Shown here piece after piece: positions 45,667 through 56,046 of a stretch of 64,000 nucleotides of DNA; within the stretch, counting starts at the first letter, position 1, and each line of letters starts with the position of its first letter. Both the position numbers and the translations under genes were made by a program. Below the pieces are notes generated by a model. That model worked only from the letters and a program-made list of their open reading frames with translations, had not been told where the DNA came from and did no database searches. The stretch is taken from positions 186,001 to 250,000 of the forward strand of contig OW569356.1 of NCBI GenBank assembly GCA_937625935.1, given 5' to 3'. The DNA is from Tetramitus jugosus. Lineage: Eukaryota; Protista; Heterolobosea.

Positions 45667-46518
45667 TTACTCATCTGGTCGTGCCAACTGTGGATGAATG
45701 AGACTCGACAGCATGGGAAGTGCAAACAAGTTAGCAGTTAGTAATGGTTGTTGTGGTTGCTGTGAGATGAGATAGGACATGGCATTAGACGGCTCAGCAA
45801 GAAGAGATGAACTAATGATTGGAGGACTTTGAGTATCGGCCAACAAAGAACTCGTAATTCTACGTTTCTTGATCTGTATATAGTCTTGCTCTTCATCAGA
45901 GTCAACTTGATCAAATGACCGCTTCGTAGGAAGAACGATATCTCTATTCGCTTCTTCATTAAAAGTGGGCGAGCAGTTGCCACTAAACTGGCCGCTTGTT
46001 ACCCGCTCATTTGTTGGTGATGATAGAACTAAATCTGGTTGTAAAAAGACACTAAATGCACTACATAAGTTGGGCGAGTGGACTATCGATGTATGGCCGT
46101 TGTGATTAGAAGAAGCATCTTCATTGCTGCAACCATTACTCATGTGGTCAGCAACTGTGAACGAGAGTGACATCATTGGTAGTGAGACTTGTGGTGGCCG
46201 CAGTTCGTTCACATTGACATCACTCGTTATCTCAGTTGATGACTTCTTCTGAGAAGCCTCCACCTCAGACAATGGCAACTGATTCACTTGTTGGTATTGC
46301 TTTAATAATTGTTTAAACTCTTCTTCGGACATAAGTTTTGATTTCTCCTTGAGTTGTTTCCATACTAGTACTCCCTTGTCGACAACAACTTTCCGGAACT
46401 TGCTCCTCACTCTTTCACTTTCCATAAATGCTGAATATACAAATGCATTCATGAACATATCAAATCTAGTGGTTGCATGATCAACATATTTCTCAGAAAC
46501 TCTCTTTTTCTTTGGCAT
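45667..46518 (-). CDS. Hypothetical protein, probably nuclear
   Basis: 283-aa ORF starting MPKKKR with a second basic cluster KR...KKRR; mostly low complexity. Confidence 0.55.
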   Translation of the reverse strand: MPKKKRVSEKYVDHATTRFDMFMNAFVYSAFMESERVRSKFRKVVVDKGVLVWKQLKEKSKLMSEEEFKQLLKQYQQVNQLPLSEVEASQKKSSTEITSDVNVNELRPPQVSLPMMSLSFTVADHMSNGCSNEDASSNHNGHTSIVHSPNLCSAFSVFLQPDLVLSSPTNERVTSGQFSGNCSPTFNEEANRDIVLPTKRSFDQVDSDEEQDYIQIKKRRITSSLLADTQSPPIISSSLLAEPSNAMSYLISQQPQQPLLTANLFALPMLSSLIHPQLARPDE

Positions 46519-46707
46519 TGTATTCTCAGCTTGTATACTCTGGCTGAAGATTGTTGTTTAATGGATTTTGAATCAGGGGGTGGTACCTCCAACTCGAAAA
46601 GTTTTTGCTCGACCTCAGAAATCGAATAACGAACAATAATTTGGAGGCAAAGGAAAAAGACCGCGAAAAATCGGTGTTTTTATTCGGAAAAACACACAAA
46701 CAAAAAC

Positions 46708-47457
46708 ATGCAGACACAAGTTGGTTCGAGATTGATTCGAGGTTTAGCCCAGCACAATAGAAATTTGATTGCTCATCAGGCAAGAGTTAGCACAAACAGA
46801 GTCAATCTTCCATATACTCTCCAGCTCCAGCCACTCTCATGGTCACACTACTCCACCCTTCCTAATTCTTCCGCCGCCGAAGCTACGACTCATATTCCCG
46901 CCAAAAATGAAAACACTGCCACTACTGCGGATAGTCAAGCACCCGTCAACGACAATACATTCACCCCTAATACTTCAACAACAAACACAAATAGTGAAAG
47001 TAATGAAACTGAAAAAATTATATCTGTAGAGGAGCTACAGAGAGCAGCACAAAAGGCTCAACAGTACGCTGAAACAAGAAAAGAAATGGAACAATTGCTA
47101 AAGACTGTAATTTTCAGAGGGTCAAGAGCTTTGTTGTTGTTTATTGTTGCCTTCTCCGCATTCTTCTATGTTGTGAAACAAAAGGGATCAGAGTCAAGAA
47201 TTGTCAGATATTTGGAAGGTCTGAGAAGAAGCAGAGGCTCTGATGAGCCAGAATCAGAGGAGGAAATGACTGAACAAGAGAGAGCTCTGAAGGAAGCCAT
47301 GGAAAAGACTGAGAAATTGAAGAGGGAAATGAAGGACAGCACATGGTACATGGAGGATGATGAGGAACCAACAAAGGCCGCCAAAAAGTCAACCATTCAT
47401 GACAACATTAATACAAAGGCAGCAAAGGAACAACAGCAAGCACTCATTAAGAAATAA
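46708..47457 (+). CDS. Hypothetical single-TM protein, probably mitochondrial
   Basis: Arg-rich, acid-free N-terminus (presequence-like), one TM (LLLFIVAFSAFFYVV), coiled C-terminus. Confidence 0.65.
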   Translation: MQTQVGSRLIRGLAQHNRNLIAHQARVSTNRVNLPYTLQLQPLSWSHYSTLPNSSAAEATTHIPAKNENTATTADSQAPVNDNTFTPNTSTTNTNSESNETEKIISVEELQRAAQKAQQYAETRKEMEQLLKTVIFRGSRALLLFIVAFSAFFYVVKQKGSESRIVRYLEGLRRSRGSDEPESEEEMTEQERALKEAMEKTEKLKREMKDSTWYMEDDEEPTKAAKKSTIHDNINTKAAKEQQQALIKK

Positions 47458-47530
47458 ACATGGGTGAAATAGTTGAATGATATAATACATTGAGAACAGT
47501 TATTCAAGTCGTGCATCAATTGATCTGTGC

Positions 47531-49201
47531 TTAGCACACAGACTCTCCGGCCTTTGGCAGTTTTTGTCTCAGCCCTGCGAAGAATTTGTGGAGAATAGAT
47601 TCTGGTAAAATCTTTGGCTTCTGGAATTCTTCTGGATGTGTTTCCTGAAGTTTTGTGGCCACAGCTCGTGTTACAATTGATTCCTTGGTCCGAGCCTTCT
47701 CTTTGAAGTAAGCAATGGCTTGGGCCAATGATCTGCACAACAACTCTGCCAAGTCCTGAGAGAAGGACTCTCTCATGACAGCTCTCAATAGTTGAACATC
47801 TTCTGCTCCTTCAGACAAAGAATAAGCAGGGAGAATCCAGCCACTCTCCCTCAACTTACTGGCCAGGTCGTAGACCGAAAAATCAGTGATCTCGTCCTTT
47901 AATTTAAACGCAACTAAAGGCACGGAAATATCATCACTCAGAATATCAAACACCTCCATTTCTTTCAATCTCTGTGTGAGATACTTGGCATTGGCACTGC
48001 AATTCTCCATAACATTCTTGTATCCCTCTCTGCCCAGACGAAGGAAATTGTAGTACTGGAGAATCATTTGAGAGGCTGGACGAGAGAAATTCAAGCTCGC
48101 TGTGCTCTCAACACCACCCAGATAGTGCAAATCAAACACCATGTCTGCTGGCAGATCCGACTTTTCTCTCCAGAGAGCCCAACCAATACCAGGATAAACA
48201 AGACCGTACTTGTGTCCTGAGACATTAATACTCTTGACCAATGGTAGTCTAAAGTCCCATTTCAATTCAGGTGTCATGAACGGTGCAATAAATCCACCAC
48301 TTGCAGCATCGACATGAATACCGATATCCCATCCCTTCTCTTCATTGAGCTTCAGTAGTGCATCATTCATTTCCTCAATGGGCTCATAGTGACCAGTGTA
48401 AGTAGAACCGAGCATCATCACAATACCAATCGTATTCTCATCGACCAAGTCAAGTGCCATATCGATATCCATTACAAATCTGTCAGGTGCCAGTGGAACA
48501 TACTTTGGCTCCACGTCGAAATAACAGCAAAACTTTTTCCAGGCAACTTGCACAGAGCTAGACATGATCAAATTGGGCTTGTCAAACGGTTTTCCTTGCT
48601 CTCTTCTTCGATGAGCCCACTTCTTCTTGAGTGCCAACGCACAGAGCATGAGGGCTTCACTGGAACCGATGCAACATGTACCTGTTCCCTTGACTTCGGG
48701 AACCGATGATGCAGCAGAGTGGAAAGTGGACAGTTCAGGTCCCTTATCTTGTTCCTTGCTTTCCACTTCAGTTGAATTGAACAATCGGGCCAAGATCTGA
48801 ACGCATCGATTCTGAATCTCAATGGTCTGTGGATAGATGTTGTGATCAGCCATGTTCTTTCCCACGGTATGCATGACGAGTTGCATAGCTTCATCCTCCA
48901 TCCATGTAGTCACGAATGTGGCCAAGTTGAGAGTGGGGTTTCCATCGAGTGACATCTCATCAATCACGAGTCTGTACGCAGTTCTGGGATCCAATGAATC
49001 CTCTGGCAACTCATACTTTGGTAGGTCAGTAATCTTGTAACGAGTTGCGTGAGCCATGGAGTTCTTGTCATACTTGTCTGATGTCTTGGGTGGATTGGAC
49101 AATGTGAACACATGAGGATCCATTGCCAAGTCTTGAATGGAAGGTCTTCTCGTCTTCACAGGGAACGAAAACTGTTTGGTGCTCTCTTCTGCTTCAACCA
49201 T
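47531..49201 (-). CDS. GAD: Glutamate decarboxylase (plant/fungal/bacterial type, PLP-dependent)
   Basis: LDGNPTLNLATFVTTWME, GSSEA, HVDAASGGFIAPF, WDFRLPLVKSINVSGHKYGLVYPG (PLP Lys), NFSRP..Q...QYYNFLRLGREGY. Confidence 0.95.
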   Translation of the reverse strand: MVEAEESTKQFSFPVKTRRPSIQDLAMDPHVFTLSNPPKTSDKYDKNSMAHATRYKITDLPKYELPEDSLDPRTAYRLVIDEMSLDGNPTLNLATFVTTWMEDEAMQLVMHTVGKNMADHNIYPQTIEIQNRCVQILARLFNSTEVESKEQDKGPELSTFHSAASSVPEVKGTGTCCIGSSEALMLCALALKKKWAHRRREQGKPFDKPNLIMSSSVQVAWKKFCCYFDVEPKYVPLAPDRFVMDIDMALDLVDENTIGIVMMLGSTYTGHYEPIEEMNDALLKLNEEKGWDIGIHVDAASGGFIAPFMTPELKWDFRLPLVKSINVSGHKYGLVYPGIGWALWREKSDLPADMVFDLHYLGGVESTASLNFSRPASQMILQYYNFLRLGREGYKNVMENCSANAKYLTQRLKEMEVFDILSDDISVPLVAFKLKDEITDFSVYDLASKLRESGWILPAYSLSEGAEDVQLLRAVMRESFSQDLAELLCRSLAQAIAYFKEKARTKESIVTRAVATKLQETHPEEFQKPKILPESILHKFFAGLRQKLPKAGESVC

Positions 49202-49395
49202 GATTCTTGTGTGATACTATTGTTGATAGTTATTGGTTTTTTAAAAGGTTGTTGATTGTATATAAAACAAAGAGAAGCAGTCTCTCAATAACTCAGAGAA
49301 TGGCTTGGTTGACCGTCACGTGTTGATCTGGCGGATCGTTTACGATGTGTTGCCTTTAAATTCTTTTTTCGTCACCCAACTGGACTAAAATTATT

Positions 49396-50592
49396 TTATT
49401 CCAATACCTTCTCCAACAGTTGAATGGTTCCCGCGTCTGCATCAATTTCAACTCTACCTCCAATGGGGAGTGTGAATTGTTGACCTTCATGACCAATTCG
49501 GCTTCCCATGAATGCAGGACATTTTGTTACATGGTTTCTAACAACCCATTCGATGGATTGTGTGCTTGTAGAGGGCTCACAACTCTGACAAGTTCCATAT
49601 ATGAAACCTGCAATCTTGTCCAATATGCCATTGAATGCCAAGAATTGCAATAGGCGATCCATGTTCATTGAGGATTCATTGACGTCCTCAAAGAACAGAA
49701 TAATGTCCTCCCATGGAATATTCAACTTTGAGTTTGGAGGCAAGTACTTTGATCCGATCATGGAGGCGAACACTGTCAAATTTCCACCAATCAGTCTTCC
49801 CTTGGCCTTTCCTGACTTGATTGTTGTCGTGCCATTCAACGGAGGATTCTTGAACAACATTTGTTCATTGTCAATCAACAATTGCTTCATGTAGTACGAG
49901 TTGAGATTGTAGTTCAATCCTGGCCAATATTCCTCAAATGGATCCAGTCCCATTGGTCCATGAAACGTGATGATTCCCGTGCTGAAGAATATGGCATTGA
50001 GACAACCGGTCAGATCACTGTAGCCCATGAAAATCTTTGGATTCCGCTTGATCAAATCATAGTCAATCAAGTCCAAAATACGGTTACATCCCCATCCACC
50101 TCGATTCGCAATCATCAACTGCACACTCTTGTCTGCAAACAATTCATTCACATCAGAAGCACGATCCGAATCATTTCCCGCCAAATATCCATCCTTTTCA
50201 AATGAATGAGTGCTCCACTTGACATTCAAACCAAACTGGACAGAAAAATCGTGACGTATCCTCATTTGATACTGTGTAATGTTGTGATTGGGTATGTGGT
50301 CTTGGATGGGAGAGGCAGGTGAGAAGAATCCAGCCAAGAGGGTTCCAGCCTGATGAGCATAGGATGATCTACTAGCACTACTGTTGTTAATCACGAGTCT
50401 CTTGGGTTTGATGATTGGAATGCCATAGTAGTGCTTGTGATTGGCAGTTTTCAGTTTGCTAATCATGGCACCGAGGGCAATGAGCAGAGCAACGATAATG
50501 ACACCTAGGGCAGTGAACAATACGAGGAGAAAGATTGTGGAGAGTGGCTTTTTGGTTTCGTTGTTGCCATTTCGTTGTTCATAGTACTCCAT
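49396..50592 (-). CDS. LD-carboxypeptidase (peptidase S66) with N-terminal TM anchor
   Basis: SPAS, YLAGNDSDRASD, RGGWG, GYSDLT (Ser), HGPM, GRLIGGNL, FFEDVNE (Glu), IGH (His), TLPIGG. Confidence 0.92.
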   Translation of the reverse strand: MEYYEQRNGNNETKKPLSTIFLLVLFTALGVIIVALLIALGAMISKLKTANHKHYYGIPIIKPKRLVINNSSASRSSYAHQAGTLLAGFFSPASPIQDHIPNHNITQYQMRIRHDFSVQFGLNVKWSTHSFEKDGYLAGNDSDRASDVNELFADKSVQLMIANRGGWGCNRILDLIDYDLIKRNPKIFMGYSDLTGCLNAIFFSTGIITFHGPMGLDPFEEYWPGLNYNLNSYYMKQLLIDNEQMLFKNPPLNGTTTIKSGKAKGRLIGGNLTVFASMIGSKYLPPNSKLNIPWEDIILFFEDVNESSMNMDRLLQFLAFNGILDKIAGFIYGTCQSCEPSTSTQSIEWVVRNHVTKCPAFMGSRIGHEGQQFTLPIGGRVEIDADAGTIQLLEKVLE

Positions 50593-50719
50593 TTTTTTTT
50601 TCAAGTGTTGTGTGTTTGTTGTTTCAGTTTTCGTCCGTCACAGTTTTCTCCTCCTTTTTTTCGTTTGGCCGAAGTAACAGCCAACTACTGAGATGTGGCT
50701 GACAGAGATTGGTTGAGCT

Positions 50720-52765
50720 TTACCGAGTCGTTTTATTTCCCTTATTCTTCTTTTGTTGTTGCTTTTTAGACTTGTTGGATTTCGGATTGTTCGGCTTCTT
50801 CTTTTCTGGGAGGCAGGCACGAGGAAGAACAATGGAGTCGAATTGGGTCAAATCGTCGAATGACCTCATGCTTTCAAAATTGAATTGGGAGAACTCGAGC
50901 CCTCTCTTTTCAAGCATGTTTTGGCTCTGAACATTGCGTAGATATGCTTCCTTGACAAATGCAGGGAAGGCTGGATAGGAAAAGGTTTGGAACATGGATG
51001 ACGCAGTCTGATTGTTCCTTCTAAAGAGTTCATCGATGAAAAAGGGATGATAAATGGCAAGACCTCTGCCGATGGCAAATGCTTTGAGTGCTTGCCCTAC
51101 ATTGCAGCCCACTTTCCGAATCAAATATTCGCATGCAAAAACACCAGTCCTATTGACACCATACATGCAATGAATCACAATATAGCTCTCAGGATGAGTA
51201 GATCTAAACTCATCAACAATTGATATAAATTGTTGTATCTGTTTTTCGGTGGGCATTCCAGTGTCAGTCGATGATCCCAACTTGACTACGGTCACAGTAT
51301 TCGGCGTGTCATCGTAGTCATATAGTGGCTTATCTGCACTTGAAAGATCAATGATCATACCAATATTCCGCTTCTTATCTCGGCTCTGCATCTTGCAAAA
51401 TTCCTTGAAAGAGAATGCTGGTTCATACTTGTTTGGATCTAGTGGAGACTTGATCGGTATGAAGAATGTTCCAGGTATGACTTCACCTCCCTCTGACAAT
51501 TCGCTCCACACACCTGGTGGAGATAACTTTGGAATATTTGCTTTTGTTTCTGTAGTTTTTGCAAGATCAGAATAGGATACTTGAGTGGCAACAACAGTTG
51601 TTGGGTTTGGATTGTTGGTGTCTGCTGCTGGCAACTGCTCCTCCACTTTGATTGTTAAGTCAGCACCACTTGTAGGTGGCATCATCATATCGTCACCAAC
51701 TTCATCCTGAGGAGTCGAAGTTGAATCTGTTTTCTGCTCTTTTGTTGTCAAAGCTTTTGACCAACTGCCATATTGGTCCTCAGCCTTGATCACCTTACCA
51801 CTCGATACAACTGTTTTTACTTCGTATGGTTCCTGAAGTGCTTCCAATTCCTTTTGTTTCTTCTGTGCTTCTTCCTCTTCCTTTTGCTTTCGTTCCAATT
51901 CCATTTGTTTGGCCAACTCCTGATCAACTGCTGCCATTTGTCTCAATTCACCAATATACACATCGTACTCCACATTTCTGTATCCCTTGTAGATATGTGC
52001 GTGAGGTGCCGGTTCAACATCAATGTCCATTCCCTTGTTCAACACGGATTGATAAAAAATGTCTTGACACAACCCTGCCACCTCATAAAATTGATCCGGA
52101 TACAGCACATCATAATGATTACCGTGCAGAAAACAGAGCATAATCGTAGGGATTTCACCTTGTTTCGATCCGACGACACCACCTCTGCTCTTGACGCAAC
52201 CGACCAAGTTTGGATTATTGTAGAATTTTTGTTCGGCTTCGATGCCTCTAATGGAATAAATGACAATATCACATCGAAAACACTGTGCAATGGCATCGAG
52301 TTCCAAATGACCTGCCCACGTATTCGGTTTTCTCATTGTCTGACAATACATTTCAAATGGCATCTCAAATATAAAGTCACGATAATGATTCTTGTTCTTT
52401 ACCATGAAATCAACCACTGTTCTTCGTAGTCTTGCATGGTAGGACTGTGTGTGGAACAAGACGTCTGCACAGGCACGAAACAAGCAACTTCCGTCCTTGG
52501 CAATGTTTTTTCGCTTGAGACCCAACTCTGAGAGTTGTTTGTCCAGTTTTTCTTCATGCTTTCGTTCTTCTTCTTGTTTGTTGTTGCTACCATTGTTTGA
52601 TTTTGATGATGATTTTGATGATGATTTTGTTGATGATGGCTTCTTTTTTTTGCCTTGTTGATTGTTGCTCTTGGTGGTGGTAGTGGTGGTGTTGGATGGT
52701 GAAGAAGATTTGGTGGGTGGAGGTTGACTGATTGATTGATCAGAAAGCAAGAATGGTGGTATCAT
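50720..52765 (-). CDS. OTU deubiquitinase fused to a DUSP11/RNA-5'-triphosphatase-like cysteine phosphatase
   Basis: OTU: IAKDGSCLFRA, WAGHLELDA, HGNHYD. Phosphatase: PGTFFIPIKSPL, IGMIIDLS, HCMYGVNRTG, FAIGRG. One uninterrupted ORF. Confidence 0.85.
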   Translation of the reverse strand: MIPPFLLSDQSISQPPPTKSSSPSNTTTTTTKSNNQQGKKKKPSSTKSSSKSSSKSNNGSNNKQEEERKHEEKLDKQLSELGLKRKNIAKDGSCLFRACADVLFHTQSYHARLRRTVVDFMVKNKNHYRDFIFEMPFEMYCQTMRKPNTWAGHLELDAIAQCFRCDIVIYSIRGIEAEQKFYNNPNLVGCVKSRGGVVGSKQGEIPTIMLCFLHGNHYDVLYPDQFYEVAGLCQDIFYQSVLNKGMDIDVEPAPHAHIYKGYRNVEYDVYIGELRQMAAVDQELAKQMELERKQKEEEEAQKKQKELEALQEPYEVKTVVSSGKVIKAEDQYGSWSKALTTKEQKTDSTSTPQDEVGDDMMMPPTSGADLTIKVEEQLPAADTNNPNPTTVVATQVSYSDLAKTTETKANIPKLSPPGVWSELSEGGEVIPGTFFIPIKSPLDPNKYEPAFSFKEFCKMQSRDKKRNIGMIIDLSSADKPLYDYDDTPNTVTVVKLGSSTDTGMPTEKQIQQFISIVDEFRSTHPESYIVIHCMYGVNRTGVFACEYLIRKVGCNVGQALKAFAIGRGLAIYHPFFIDELFRRNNQTASSMFQTFSYPAFPAFVKEAYLRNVQSQNMLEKRGLEFSQFNFESMRSFDDLTQFDSIVLPRACLPEKKKPNNPKSNKSKKQQQKKNKGNKTTR

Positions 52766-52971
52766 GATCTTTGTTAACACTAAAATTCGCAAGTTGCTTT
52801 ATAATTACTATTTGGTGTGAATTGAAATGTGTGCGTACAAATATGTTGCGAGAAGAATGCTTTTTGTTGTTGATTTTTGGGATTGTCGCGAAAATACATT
52901 TTATTTTGTTCAGCTTCGAAAGTGAAGATGAATACAATGCACGTGGTTGGTGTTCGTTTGACTGTGGAACT

Positions 52972-55900
52972 TTAGGCGGCGGTGGGACTCTGTACGGAAG
53001 GAAGTTCCACATCTTGTTGCTTTTGATATCTTTCTGGTCGGGTTCTTCTTCTATTGGAGATGAAGAGAGCGATAATGGTGAAGAATGCAATGAGTACAAC
53101 ACCACCGGCTAACCACAACATGGTGACCAAGATGATCATGGGTGCGCTCCATTTTGGTGGACCCTCACCACCCGATGGTTTAGGAGTAGGAGTTGGCGTT
53201 GGAGGTTCCATCTTTTCACATACTAATCCATTTAGTTCATAGTTGTCTGGACATCTGAGGTTGTTGAGCTCATGTGTGTCTTCAGAGATGAAGAATGGTG
53301 AAACAGAGACAGACTCAGATCCATCGATAGATTCGCCACCAATCTTCTTCAGAATATCTGCCTCTTCAGTGACGCCCCAGTAGTTGAGCGAGACCGAGAG
53401 CGGAGCACTGCTTGCTCCTTCTCGATAGTAGTACAGTTTTGCTTGATTATCTGAAGTCATGACATTGTACTTGAACTCTGCATAAGGTTGTTCTGTCGTG
53501 AAAATTGAAGGATTTTCTCTTGAAGATGGTGCTTGGTTGGCCACATTGGAGCTGAATCTGTTGTACGATATTCTTGTTTTCTCGACTCCAGATAATTTCA
53601 CCACGTCTCCCAGATCACAAACACAACCCTCTACGACATTACCATCAAAATACAAGTACTTGGAAGAAAATTCGATTGCAATTGGAGATCTTAGACTGCA
53701 CTTTCCATAGAGAAACACATTGTCTGTCAAGTTCATTATGTTAGGTACCTGGTTACTGAAACTCTGGAAGAAATGTTGTTCAGGGGAATTGAATTGATTC
53801 TTCTCCCAGATGTGGTCAAAGGAAGTTCCAGTTATTTCTACATCGATAGTGTTTCGATCAAAGTTGTTGTTCTTGAGGATTGAGCTACCTTTGGAGCGAA
53901 GTGCAATGATGGTGCTCTTAACAAAGTCGTTCTGAATGAGAGTAAGATCTAATCCAAGCACACCTATGGCATTCTTGTTGAATCGATTATTTTGAGCCAA
54001 GCACTTAGATTTCGAGCAGTCAATACCTACGTCATTCTTTTCAAAAGTATTATTCCTCAATTGAACGAAAGATCTCGATGATGAATCAATCTTCACTGCC
54101 TCGTAACAATACTGGAAATATGAGTGACGAACATCAAGATTCAAGTGACGAGAGAAGCCATGCACGCAAGGGCCTTGTCCACCTGAGATTCTCTTGTCCT
54201 TAATGACTTGAATATTGTGAATGACGAATTTGGAATCAGTTGAAATTTCAATGGTTGGCACAAAGCTACTCGCTCTATCGAACTTCACATATTCGATCAC
54301 CGAGGGAAATGTTTCAGAAGAACTGGCAGTAGATGTGAGTATGAGTGAGTTCCATGTGTCCTCTTGTTTCTCTGTCGAAAACACAATATTGTCATTGGGA
54401 GTTCCCTTGGCATGAATCGTACCGAGCACGACAATGTAGGCTCCCTTTGATAATTGTAAAGTAGTTCCCGGTTCAACACGAACCATTGCGCCATACTCAA
54501 TAATTAATCTTGAATGATTAAGTTTTGAATTCAGATTATTCCACGTTTGATCTTCACTAATGATGTTCGAATTCTGCACCAACTCAGATGATGAAGAATA
54601 GATAACTCGTCTCTTTTCCGGGCCAACAAAAGCAGGGAACAAACTGACATACGACTTCTTGTTGTCTATTTCAAAGTCTTGAACGTATGATCGAATATCC
54701 ATGGAATCCAGAGAGTCATTTGTCCAATGATTGAACCGAGCATCCACAACTGGATTGCGATCAAAGAATGAAGTTACCTTGATAATGTTACTGAGGGAAT
54801 CACGAAACTCATTGTTCCAGATTTTAACGCCCCTCGATGGTCCGAGAAGAAAGAGAGCTGTTGATTGAGTTCCGTTGAACACATTTGTGAATGTATTCTC
54901 TTGAATGAGAACTTCTGACATATCCGAATCAATTGCCAAAATGTGAGCTGTGGATCGAGAAGAGCTGATAGAGTCAAAGGTGTTTTCTTGAATCAGCATT
55001 TGATGGATTGTTTGCCATGATGGTTTCTTAATCAGCGCATCAGATGACTCCAATCGACAATTGGAGAAGGTATTGGATTTGATGACAAAGTTCTGAGGCA
55101 ACGTTTGCAACAAGTCAATTGTATCTGAATGACAGGTCAAAAACTGGTTGTTAATCACTTCAATACCACCAGCTGGCATGGTGAATGACAGACCAGCAGA
55201 GTGGAATTCATTGTTCTGAACAGTGCAGTTGCATGATGAGAACAAGGCACGACCAGATTCCAGATTCTTGAATGTGCTGCCGACTACTTTGGATACGGAT
55301 CCCTTTGCACAGTTCTCTACATGCAGACCAGATCGATACCCTTCGAACACTGAATCGATCACATGCAAATAAGAAAATCCATTGAAATAGGTGATGGTAG
55401 TGGCCACTCTTACAGCGCTCTCAAACGTTTGATTCGAGGCACTCAAGTGAACCTCCTTCAAATAAATTCCAGCATCTATTCCCCTTATTCCGCCACTCCT
55501 TTCAATGGTGACTCCCTCAAAGTAAAACTTTCGCTTACGACTGGGCACAGGGAGACTTTGAATGTCAATCGAGAAATCCTCATAGGAATTCACGAGTCGC
55601 ACATGCTTCAATATGGTTTGACCTTGATACTCTCCTTGTTCATCAACGAGAGATGACACGGAATCTTCAGAGAACAAAATCCTTCCCCACCGATCAATGT
55701 TCGAAAAGGCTCCCTTAATTCTTCGTTGGTTAAACCGTTCATACCGAGATTCAACTCGTTGCTCAATGATTCCATTCAGTGAAACATTGAATACAATGGG
55801 CTGTTCCAATGTACCTACGGCTTTCAAAGCACCATTCACAATCACACTCATGCCTGGTTGCATAAGCACCGTGACACCCTTGTCAATCTGCAAAGAAGCA

Positions 55901-56046
55901 TCCTTTTCGATGATTAATTCTCCTACAATGTATTGGTTGGAAGTCCAAGTTGTGCTCTCTGAAATGATGGTGTCACCTTTCGCAAAGAGTGTCGAGTAGC
56001 CGATTAGTATAATACAAATGATGCACACAATTAAATACACTCTCAT
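52972..56046 (-). CDS. Type I membrane protein with parallel beta-helix repeats
   Basis: Signal peptide, many xxNxF repeats, two GT..(P/N)IVF modules, Pro/Thr stalk, C-terminal TM and basic tail. Confidence 0.8.
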   Translation of the reverse strand: MRVYLIVCIICIILIGYSTLFAKGDTIISESTTWTSNQYIVGELIIEKDASLQIDKGVTVLMQPGMSVIVNGALKAVGTLEQPIVFNVSLNGIIEQRVESRYERFNQRRIKGAFSNIDRWGRILFSEDSVSSLVDEQGEYQGQTILKHVRLVNSYEDFSIDIQSLPVPSRKRKFYFEGVTIERSGGIRGIDAGIYLKEVHLSASNQTFESAVRVATTITYFNGFSYLHVIDSVFEGYRSGLHVENCAKGSVSKVVGSTFKNLESGRALFSSCNCTVQNNEFHSAGLSFTMPAGGIEVINNQFLTCHSDTIDLLQTLPQNFVIKSNTFSNCRLESSDALIKKPSWQTIHQMLIQENTFDSISSSRSTAHILAIDSDMSEVLIQENTFTNVFNGTQSTALFLLGPSRGVKIWNNEFRDSLSNIIKVTSFFDRNPVVDARFNHWTNDSLDSMDIRSYVQDFEIDNKKSYVSLFPAFVGPEKRRVIYSSSSELVQNSNIISEDQTWNNLNSKLNHSRLIIEYGAMVRVEPGTTLQLSKGAYIVVLGTIHAKGTPNDNIVFSTEKQEDTWNSLILTSTASSSETFPSVIEYVKFDRASSFVPTIEISTDSKFVIHNIQVIKDKRISGGQGPCVHGFSRHLNLDVRHSYFQYCYEAVKIDSSSRSFVQLRNNTFEKNDVGIDCSKSKCLAQNNRFNKNAIGVLGLDLTLIQNDFVKSTIIALRSKGSSILKNNNFDRNTIDVEITGTSFDHIWEKNQFNSPEQHFFQSFSNQVPNIMNLTDNVFLYGKCSLRSPIAIEFSSKYLYFDGNVVEGCVCDLGDVVKLSGVEKTRISYNRFSSNVANQAPSSRENPSIFTTEQPYAEFKYNVMTSDNQAKLYYYREGASSAPLSVSLNYWGVTEEADILKKIGGESIDGSESVSVSPFFISEDTHELNNLRCPDNYELNGLVCEKMEPPTPTPTPKPSGGEGPPKWSAPMIILVTMLWLAGGVVLIAFFTIIALFISNRRRTRPERYQKQQDVELPSVQSPTAA

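Noticed and set aside
43120-50592. Bacterial-like genes (FAD oxidoreductase, GAD, S66 peptidase) as a contaminant or a transferred operon
   Set aside because: Interleaved with eukaryotic genes, same composition, eukaryotic targeting peptides and AATAAA-type ends; not contiguous.
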